From NCBI RefSeq assembly GCF_002087085.1, contig NZ_MWQY01000004.1, positions 62,001 to 126,000 of the forward strand: a DNA stretch of 64,000 nucleotides, written 5' to 3'. The position numbers and the translations under genes were made by a program. Every line of letters starts with the position of its first letter. Position 1 is the first letter of the stretch. Below the pieces are notes generated by a model. The model worked only from the letters and a program-made list of their open reading frames with translations, was not told the DNA's origin and did not search any database. Shown in pieces: positions 1 to 8,400 of this stretch.

Positions 1-894
1 AAGAAGACCGGCGTCAAGGTCCCTCCGATACCAGGGATACATATACTGGTCAAACCTTCCGGGAGAAATACTGTGTCCGTTCGATTCGATCTGCAGAACG
101 AGATGAACAAACCAGAAGGACTGCAGGGCTTCATGAAAGGTTCTGGCGGGCTCATCCGGAATCCTGGAACAAATCTCAGCTATTCCCGAGAGCTCCTTCC
201 GGCGCTCAGGATCCGTCTCTTCTGCCGCAAGCTTCTGTGCATAGCTGCTGCATCGCCGGGCAAAGCGGATAAGGGCCTCACAGACGATCCGTAGCGCCCG
301 GTAGAAATTCCTCTTTTCGATTGCTTCCTGTGAGTCCGTGATCAGGGCAGCTTCGAGGCGGGAAGAATCATCGATGATCCTGCGCAGACCGTAACGGATG
401 CAGCGTTCGTAATCGACGGCGATATGTCCGACGCCGCTGGACAGGGAGGTCAGAATAAAGACCAGCTCCCGGTTGGCGGATTCGATTTCCTGCGGCAGCA
501 ACTGCAACACCCTGTCCTGAACACACCTGCCCTCCCACCAGGGAAGAATATTCCGCAGACTCCCTTTGACGCTTTCATCGATGGTGAAAATATCCGAATC
601 CCGCTTTTCAAAATCATCAAGCTCTTTCAGGATCCAGCGGGTTGAGAATTCCGGAAAAACCTCGGCACAGCGGGGCCGGGGCGCCTGGTTCCCGGCCAGG
701 AGATCGTTTTCAAGAATATAGAGGGTTTTATTGTCAAGGATATCCTCCAGAGCCCTGGCACGCAGAATCAGGGGGTCCTCATGTCCATATTTCTTATAGG
801 AACGGGTTACAATCTCCGCCCGTTCGGCGGAGATGGAAGGTGTGCAGCTGACTACCTGATCCTTCAGAGACTGACCACGCTTACTGATTCCCAT
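1..894 (-). CDS. Glycyl-radical enzyme (PFL-like/diol dehydratase-like family), N-terminal part; runs off the window edge
   Basis: Not in the ORF track. Manual translation from ATG 894 (RBS AGGAGG at 901-906): MGISKRGQSLKDQVVSCTPSISAERAEIVTRSY...LRARAL...LLAGNQ...VFPEFS...GVGHIAVDY...PARTFHEALQSFWFVHLVLQIESNGHSISPGRFDQYMYPW. Directly downstream of a GRE activase. Confidence 0.9.
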   Translation of the reverse strand, partial: MGISKRGQSLKDQVVSCTPSISAERAEIVTRSYKKYGHEDPLILRARALEDILDNKTLYILENDLLAGNQAPRPRCAEVFPEFSTRWILKELDDFEKRDSDIFTIDESVKGSLRNILPWWEGRCVQDRVLQLLPQEIESANRELVFILTSLSSGVGHIAVDYERCIRYGLRRIIDDSSRLEAALITDSQEAIEKRNFYRALRIVCEALIRFARRCSSYAQKLAAEETDPERRKELSGIAEICSRIPDEPARTFHEALQSFWFVHLVLQIESNGHSISPGRFDQYMYPWYRRDLDAGLL

Positions 895-904
895 ACGGCT
901 CCTC

Positions 905-1819
905 CTAACCTCTCAGGATTACCCTGACTCCCTTTTCTTCCACGATTCTCCTGGCCTCTTCTATCTCTCCGTCAGTGAGCCGGGGAACATCCTCGATCGC
1001 ATACGGCATGGAAAGCCGGTCATACTTGGACCTCCCAAGACGGTGATAGGGAAGCAGATGAATATCGGAAATGTGATTTTGGCGGGCAAAATCAGAGATC
1101 CCCTCCAGGGTATGCCTGTCGTTGTTGAATCCCGGAATAAGGGGGACCCGTATGATAATCTTTGAGTGCCTGTCGCTGAGGTGCGCGAAGTTCTCCAGAA
1201 TCAGGCCTGTATCCACTCCGGTAAACCGTGCATGCTTTTCGCCGTCCAGATGCTTGATATCGAAGAGAAACAGATCGCTTACCTCGGCCAGCCTGTCCAG
1301 GTCTTCACCACGGCCGTATCCGCAGGTTTCCACGGCCGTTGAATACCCCAGTTTTTTGCACTCCCTCAGGATCGCGCTGCTGAACTCCGGTTGCGACAGG
1401 GGCTCTCCTCCGGAAAGCGTAACGCCGCCGCCGGATTTTCTGTAGAAGAGTTCGTCCCTTCTCACCCGGTCGACAACTTCCACAACCCGCATCTTCCTGC
1501 CGAAGCGTTCGATGGCACCGGTGGGGCATGCATCGGCGCAGGGCTGATCCGGACATTCGGCACATACTTTTACCGCGAAGCGTCGTTGCCCCTGTTCATC
1601 AACAGAAACAGCATCAAAGGGGCAGGCCTCCATGCAGATGTTACAGGAAATGCACTTCTGCCGGTCATAGCCGATCTGCGGATAGACTGCCTGGGATTCA
1701 GGATTACAGCACCACAGGCAGGAAAGAGGACAGCCCTTCAGGAAAACCAGGGTCCGTATTCCGGGACCATCATGTAGAGAAAATCGCTGTATGTCGAAAA
1801 CCATCCCCGCAGGTTCCAT
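905..1819 (-). CDS. Glycyl-radical enzyme activating protein (radical SAM, with ferredoxin-like insertion)
   Basis: FDIQRFSLHDGPGIRT, CPLSCLWC radical-SAM motif, two extra Cys clusters (CISCNICMEACP, CAECPDQPCADACP), GGVTLSGGEP, LLPYHRLG. Confidence 0.95.
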   Translation of the reverse strand: MEPAGMVFDIQRFSLHDGPGIRTLVFLKGCPLSCLWCCNPESQAVYPQIGYDRQKCISCNICMEACPFDAVSVDEQGQRRFAVKVCAECPDQPCADACPTGAIERFGRKMRVVEVVDRVRRDELFYRKSGGGVTLSGGEPLSQPEFSSAILRECKKLGYSTAVETCGYGRGEDLDRLAEVSDLFLFDIKHLDGEKHARFTGVDTGLILENFAHLSDRHSKIIIRVPLIPGFNNDRHTLEGISDFARQNHISDIHLLPYHRLGRSKYDRLSMPYAIEDVPRLTDGEIEEARRIVEEKGVRVILRG

Positions 1820-1850
1820 AATCCATCCGGTATTAGTCTGTTATCGTATT

Positions 1851-1906
1851 GCAAACGTTTGCCATACTCCTTCTCCCAGCTTAGCAAACGTTTGCAGAGC
1901 TGTCAA
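1851..1906 (-). promoter_or_regulatory. Sigma70 promoter of the GRE operon with two LacI-family operator palindromes
   Basis: Minus strand TTGACA(1906-1901)-N17-TAAGCT(1883-1878). Perfect palindrome GCAAACGTTTGC at 1884-1895 (in the spacer) and at 1851-1862. Confidence 0.8.
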
Positions 1907-1982
1907 ATTTTACCTTCTAATTTTTCTGCAAATCATCCCAGGGGGGATGACAGGCTGGTCGAAAGCGGTGTTCACTGTATTC

Positions 1983-3167
1983 ATGGCGCTGGATAAACGT
2001 ATAAAACGACACATCTGGGCAAAGGAACACCGCTTTCTGGTGACCCAGGTACCTCAGCTAAGAGCCGTCTGTGCCAAAGAGATACGGGAGGAAGGCCTTG
2101 CACTATCCGAGGAGACGGAGCAGGGGATCTATTTTACCGGCAGAATCGAGGATGCCTACCGGGCTCATCTGATGCTGCGCAGCGCCTCCAGGATCTGGCT
2201 CTGCCTTGAGAGTTTCAAGGCAGGTGCCAGGGAAGAGCTCTTCCGCAGGGCGACGGCCCTCCCCTGGGAACTCCTTCTCAACCCCCGGATACCCCTGGAT
2301 ATCTCCGCCCGGGTACGCCACAGCCGGCTGGAACACGAAGGGGAGACCGCCGAAACCCTGACGGCGGCAATACAGCGCCGCTTCAGTGAAGCGGGAGGGA
2401 ATTCACCGAAGGAGAAAGGTGCCGGAGACGAGAGTCCCGGTCAGCGCCTCCGGGTAATTGTGGAGAACAACCGCGTGGAGCTGCGGGTCGACCTGAGCGG
2501 AGAACATCTGCACAAACGGGGATACCGGCTGCGGCAGGGAGCCGCCCCCTTACGGGAGACCCTGGCGGCGGGAATTATCCTGTGGGCCCTGGAGATCCGG
2601 CGGAAGAGGCACCCGGAAGCAGCCTGGCCGGAAAGGATCCATGATCCCTTCTGCGGCTCCGGAACCATCCCCATCGAGGCGGAGATGCTGCGCCTGGGAA
2701 TCGGTCCCGGGGCAGGACGGGAGTTCCTCTTCATGCAGCAGCCCCACTTTCGTGCGGCCGCCTTCGGGCACCTCAGAAAAAAGGCTGCGCAGCCCTCCGG
2801 TCAGCCGCCGGCGTGCAGGGTCGGCGGCTCGGACTCCTCACGGGAAATGCTGGAGATTGCCCGGCAGAACTGTGCCGCGGCGGGACTGGAAATCGGATTC
2901 GATTACGCTGACGCCCTCGGCGCTTCTTTGGACAGGATATTTTCAAACGGAACCCTGATTATCTGCAATCCGCCCTACGGCGAGCGCCTGGCGGAAGGCG
3001 GGGTTCTGCTTTTTAGAAGGATTTTCGCCAGGATACAGGAGACGGGATGTTCCGGAGTTATTATCCTGCCCCGCGCCCTGGAAGCAAAGCTTCCCCATGA
3101 CGGATTTACCCGGAAACTGAGCTTTACCAACGGGGGAATCCCGGTATCCGCGGTCTACCTGGACTGA
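1983..3167 (+). CDS. THUMP-domain SAM-dependent RNA methyltransferase (RlmL-like)
   Basis: SGEHLHKRGYR, APLRETLAAG, DPFCGSGTI, NPPYGERL. Start reassigned to Met65 of the track ORF because the upstream part overlaps the divergent promoter. Confidence 0.85.
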   Translation: MALDKRIKRHIWAKEHRFLVTQVPQLRAVCAKEIREEGLALSEETEQGIYFTGRIEDAYRAHLMLRSASRIWLCLESFKAGAREELFRRATALPWELLLNPRIPLDISARVRHSRLEHEGETAETLTAAIQRRFSEAGGNSPKEKGAGDESPGQRLRVIVENNRVELRVDLSGEHLHKRGYRLRQGAAPLRETLAAGIILWALEIRRKRHPEAAWPERIHDPFCGSGTIPIEAEMLRLGIGPGAGREFLFMQQPHFRAAAFGHLRKKAAQPSGQPPACRVGGSDSSREMLEIARQNCAAAGLEIGFDYADALGASLDRIFSNGTLIICNPPYGERLAEGGVLLFRRIFARIQETGCSGVIILPRALEAKLPHDGFTRKLSFTNGGIPVSAVYLD

Positions 3168-3180
3168 CGGACGGCTGCGT

Positions 3181-5406
3181 TCAGCGGACGGTAAAACTCG
3201 ATTCAATCCGTCTGTCTGCCCCCTCCAAACCTATCCGGTGGGTCCCCGGACTCAAGGGGAAGCGAAGGGAAACGAAGTCTCTGCCCCTGGCCTGCAGGCT
3301 GCCGTTTATACTGAGAAGCAGCTCCCCCTGACCCTCAGCCTCGATACTCAGCACCTGGCTTTTCCCCGGAAGAGTGGGATCGAGATAAAATACCGCCCCA
3401 TCCGCGGGAGAAAGGATTCGCAGGGCCTGGTCCATTCTGTACTTCCAGGGAAGTCCCCGTTCATCTCCCCAGGACCGGTACAACGAAGGCATGTAGATTC
3501 CGTCCTCCCGGTGAGCGCCGCAGGTATCCGGCTCGGTGCCGGTCCGGAAGTACTCCTCCAGGCTCCCGGGACAGTGAGGCCCGGCCCGTTCTCCCGTCAA
3601 GGGACAGATCCTCACCAGGACAATCCCCGCGGGAGGAGAGCCGGGTTCTTCCGTTACCCGGTAGACCGGATTTTCCTGCAGAGCCGTCAGAACAGCCACC
3701 GCAGCTGCTGCGGGGATGGAGCTGCCGGGACGACCGATAACCGTCTCCCCGGAGAAATTCCCCATCCAGATCCCCAGGGCCACCTTTTCCGTGGCCCCCA
3801 GGGCCCAGATATTGTTGAACTGGTTGGACGTCCCTGTTTTAAACATTGCGGGATAGGAAGTATTCAGGATACTGCCGGAACCAAAGCCGGTGATCCGTCC
3901 CGACTCGGAGGAGAGGATATCCCGGATCAGAAAGGCGGTCTCCCGGGACATCACCCTTCGTGGGGAAGATCCCGGGAGCTCCCGTTCCACCGACGAGGAG
4001 AGAAACAGCCCGTCGCGCTGAAAAACCGAGAAAGCGCTAAGCAGTTCCAGCAGGCTGATCTCCGCGTTTCCCAGGGCAATACCTGCCCCCAGGGAATCCC
4101 TCTGGTCCTCAAGGGAGTCAAAACCCAGGGCAAGGAGCCAGTCTGCAAAATCCGCAACGCCGGTCCGCACCACAGTATGGACGGCGGGTATATTCAGACT
4201 CGAAGCCAGGGCTACCCGCAGCCGCACGGGACCGTGAAAGGTATTGGAAAAGTTCTCCGGAAGATACACGGCCTCGCTGCCGAAGGCTGAAGGGATATCC
4301 GGCAGGAGCGTGGCGGGAGTCATCCCCTTCTCCAGGGCAAGGGCGTAGAGGAAGGGCTTGATGGTCGAACCCGGCTGACGCCTGATCCGGACTCCGTCGA
4401 TCTGCCCCTGGCTTTCGGTGTCGAAAAAATCAGCCGAACCGACCCAGGCCAGGACCTCCCCGGTCTCCACGGAGATTGCGAGTCCGGCGCCGTTGCTTAT
4501 CCGGTTCTCTCCGGCGGAATCGACCCTGGCGGAGATCTCTCCCTGAAGGATTTCCTGCACCTCCGGGTCAAGACTGCTGACAAACGCTTCTTTGCTGTTT
4601 ATTCCAGGAAGGCCGTCGACATAGCGCACAAAATGGGGCGCCCGAAAGGGCCAGGGCTCTGTTTTCCCGATAGCTGCACCTCTTTCGGTAACTGCTCTCA
4701 GCTTCTTCCGGTCCGTTACAATTCCAGCCCGGTGCAGCAGATTCACGGCAGCCTCGATGCTGCCGCCCTGCCGGGGATCGTAACGCCGGGGATTCCGGGG
4801 GATGAGGGCCAGCAAAGCCGATTCTTCCGGGCTGAGGCTCTGAATATTCCGGGAAAAATACTCCCTGGCGGCGGAGGCGACGCCTTCAACATTGGACCCC
4901 ATGGGCAGGGTATTGAGCCACAGCTCGAGGATTTCCCCTTTCGACAATCGAGCCTCTATACGCAGGGCATTCCAGGCTTCACGAAGTTTCCCCCCCAGCC
5001 CCGGTCCTTCGGGAGCCGCTCTTCCGGCTAGCTGCATGGTAATGGTGGAAGCTCCGGAGACAACACCTCCTGCACGTAGATTCGAGACCGCCGCCCGGAC
5101 TGCCGCCGCCGGGTCCACCCCGGGATGCAGGAAAAACCTGTCGTCCTCTCCCGCGATGAATATGGCAAGCAGATACTGGGGCAAAGCATCCAGGGGCAGG
5201 TATTCCCTCCGCAGCCCCTCATCATTGACCGGCAGCACCTGCAGGAGCCCGCCCCTCCGGTCCTCCACTCTCAGGCTCCAGGGGCCTGAGCGGAGCTCCC
5301 GGAGTTCAGGGAAGGGAAGAAGCAGGGAGAGGCCTGCAAGCAGAGCTGCCGCAAGAATGCAGACCCAGGGCAGAAACAGCAGACCGGAGAGGGAGCGTTT
5401 ACTCAA
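3181..5406 (-). CDS. pbpC: Penicillin-binding protein 1C
   Basis: Transglycosylase motifs EDDRF/GVD/GASTITMQ, transpeptidase SxxK (GSTIKPF), SLN, KTGT, C-terminal BiPBP-like domain; adjacent to an alpha-2-macroglobulin. Confidence 0.9.
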   Translation of the reverse strand: MSKRSLSGLLFLPWVCILAAALLAGLSLLLPFPELRELRSGPWSLRVEDRRGGLLQVLPVNDEGLRREYLPLDALPQYLLAIFIAGEDDRFFLHPGVDPAAAVRAAVSNLRAGGVVSGASTITMQLAGRAAPEGPGLGGKLREAWNALRIEARLSKGEILELWLNTLPMGSNVEGVASAAREYFSRNIQSLSPEESALLALIPRNPRRYDPRQGGSIEAAVNLLHRAGIVTDRKKLRAVTERGAAIGKTEPWPFRAPHFVRYVDGLPGINSKEAFVSSLDPEVQEILQGEISARVDSAGENRISNGAGLAISVETGEVLAWVGSADFFDTESQGQIDGVRIRRQPGSTIKPFLYALALEKGMTPATLLPDIPSAFGSEAVYLPENFSNTFHGPVRLRVALASSLNIPAVHTVVRTGVADFADWLLALGFDSLEDQRDSLGAGIALGNAEISLLELLSAFSVFQRDGLFLSSSVERELPGSSPRRVMSRETAFLIRDILSSESGRITGFGSGSILNTSYPAMFKTGTSNQFNNIWALGATEKVALGIWMGNFSGETVIGRPGSSIPAAAAVAVLTALQENPVYRVTEEPGSPPAGIVLVRICPLTGERAGPHCPGSLEEYFRTGTEPDTCGAHREDGIYMPSLYRSWGDERGLPWKYRMDQALRILSPADGAVFYLDPTLPGKSQVLSIEAEGQGELLLSINGSLQARGRDFVSLRFPLSPGTHRIGLEGADRRIESSFTVR

Positions 5407-8400
5407 TGATTACCAGCCTTCCGGCTCCCCTGCCGAATACCTCCTCCTCGTAGATTCCCCGGATCTCCGCCGGAGGAGTCGGAAATATACCCTTCCCTGT
5501 GGCACGTACCAGAAAATCGAGCTTCTGCTGTCCGGCGTAGAAGTGCCGAAAGTAGCAGCGGGCCTCATTGTCGAGAATCTTCCGTTCCGGCGCCAGGGAG
5601 CGGAAAATCATGAGGTCGGGATAGTAATACCCCTCGTCAAGGACCGTAATCTCCTCACCGTAGACCGTCTCCCGCTGAAAGCTGCCGCCGTCGGCTCCCC
5701 CCTCTTCCGCATAGCTGCGGGTACTGATCAGGTTCGCATCGACAATCTCGCAGCCCGAGGGGACGGGCACACGGAGCAGGGCCATGGAGCGGTCCCTGGC
5801 GGAGGAGACTGTCACCCGTACCCGATAGGTCTCTCCGGCAGCAAGGGTCGTAACCTTCTTCCCGTCCAGGCTCTCCATGGAGGTATATACGGAAAATCCC
5901 TCGTCCCTCGGCAGAGCGGCCTCGGCGGGCAATCCATAGCTGATGGTACCGGAGTAAAACACCGGGGAGCTTCCACTGCGGTTGAAGCTCAGGGGCAGCA
6001 CTGTATCCCTGGGCAGGGAAGCCGCAGGTTCCTCAAAGAGGGGAAGTTCAGCAGATACGGGGTCGGGATTCTCCGACGAAGCTGAGAGGATCGTCTGCCC
6101 CTGCAGACTGACCTCCGCGTTCAGCTCGCCGGAGGATTCGATGAAATCCCGGAAACTCTCTGCAAAACTTATCAGGACCCAGGTGTTGTCGTTCAGGGTC
6201 CCCCAGCGACCGTAGCGCTGACGCTGAATCAGGGTGTTTTGAACCCGGGTCAGCAGAGATGCCGGATCATCAAGGGAATGGAGAGCCATCTGCAGCAGAG
6301 AGAGTGCAGTCAGCTCCGAATCAAAGTAGAAACGCTTCTCATAGGTTTCGGTGATGTCCAGAGAGCGGGTACCGAGTTTCAGAAATTTCCGGACCCTTTC
6401 GAGGATCTCCCCGCCTTTATCGGGCCTGCCGATCTCGTTGAAACTGAGGGCCAGTAAAGCATATCCCGAGATTCCCAGGGCATCCCCCCGGGACAGGGCA
6501 TCCTTCAGCTCCTCCTCCGGCCGGTCCCTCAGCAGGCTGCGTACATAAAGGGAGTAGAGCCTGGTGAAATCGGAAAGCGTCCCGTTGCCGTACAGTCCCT
6601 TGAGGTAGGCCATGAGCCGGTCTGTATCCGGTTCCTGTACATCGAAGTCTCCCACCCGTGCCAGCGCCAGGTAGTGGGCAAGGCGGACGCTCAGCCAGGC
6701 CGACGAGTACTCACTGCCGGGCCGGTATCCGAAACCGCCGTCCCGGTTCTGATAGCCCTTGAGCATGGTGAAGAATTTCTCCACCTCCCGGGAATCATGG
6801 ACCGTATTGAAGAACTCCAGCTTATCCTTCAGAACCAGATGGGGGAGCACCCGGAACATTTCACCCTCAAGAATCTCATAGTCGGTTTCCAGAAGGCGTT
6901 CCACCAGATCCTTCAAAGGCCCCAGGGGATTGGGACTGAGGCGAAGACTGATGCTTCCGTACCCCGGTGCGATGGATGAAGGAACAAGCAGGGCCTCCTG
7001 CGCCGTATCGGACTCGTCCAGGGTCCCGGCTATGGTAAAGGATTCCCTTACCAGGGGTTTATCCACCGTCAGGGTCGACTCCAGGATCTCCGACAAAACC
7101 CCGGAGCGCAGAGTAAACTCGAGCTTTGCCTCTCCGCTCTCCTCTGCAAGCAGCGTAAAGGTCACCTCCCGGCTCTCGCCGGGTCCAAGGCTCAGGCTTT
7201 TTCGGGACTCCCCGTGGACACGGATCTCCGGCTCCGGGGAAGTACAGGCCAGGTCAATCTCCTGGACCTCGGCGGACAGATTGGTCAGAACGACTCCCGC
7301 TTCTGCAGTATCCCGCATCCTGAGCTTCCTCGGAAGAGCTGCCCGCATGGTGATGGGGTTCCGAACCGCCAGCTCCTCTTCCTTAAGACCGAAGCGGTTT
7401 CCCTTTACCGCCACCGCGGTGACCCGGTAGGTGGTCAGGGTATCCGGCAGGGTAAAGACCGCTTCGGCATACCCGTCAGGCCCGGTAACAAGCACTGGTT
7501 CAAAGACAGCCAGGGGAGAAAAGTCCTTCCTCCGCTCCAGCTTGCCCTCATCGTCACCGTCGCCGCCCTGAAGGTCCCTGACCTCGTAGGTTACCGGATT
7601 GATAAGCAGGGAACGGCTGTCCGCTCCCAGTACACCCAGGGGAAACTTGTGTTCGGCATAAAAAAAGCTCATGGGATCCGGAACATGATAATCGACGAGG
7701 TCCACGACTCCCCGGTCAACCGCCAGAAGGGTGACCTCCGCAGCTTCCACCGGGACACCGCCGGAGCTTACCCGAATTCGTGCCCGTCCCTCGTCTCCCG
7801 GACGGTAGAGCTTTTTATCCTGGCTCACGGAGACGTCCAGTGCAAGGCTCTCGGGACTGACCCGGAGACGGGCGATACCGAAAAGCCCCCGGGGCTTGCC
7901 CAGGTCCGGATCAAAGTAGCTTTTGGGAGCCTCGCCGCGGCGGGTATGGGAACTCAGGGCCACGTAAACCACCGGAATATGCTCACCCCTTACCGGAACA
8001 TCGATGGTGGCCGCGGATCCGGAGAGTTCCACAAAACGTTCCTCAACGATACTTTCCCGCTCCACGGTCAGCAGATAGGTTCCCGAGGGCAAAGGTGATT
8101 TGACCAGAATCCGCGCCGTATCCCCGGGGGAATACTGCTCCCTGTCGGGAACAAGTTCGATATCCCCGGGATCCGGCTGGTTCCACTGAACATAGCTGGA
8201 ACCCGTGGCGTAGAAGTCTATCTCCGAGAGGGCCCGTCTTCCTTCTCCGTCGGCGGCGGAGATGCGCAGTAGATACTCTCCCGCCTCGGGCGGGGTAATC
8301 TGGAACTCAAGTCTTTCTTTCCCGGCTTCCAGATCAAAGGCGGAAACGGGTTCTTCCACCAGTTCATAGCGATTGTTCAACCTGTCGTAGACCCCCCGCT

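Noticed and set aside
1791..1982. N-terminal extensions in the ORF track (methylase; similarly sodA, hydA, serA, nspC, NIF3)
   Set aside because: They overlap promoters or neighbouring genes; downstream starts fit SD sites and family N-termini better
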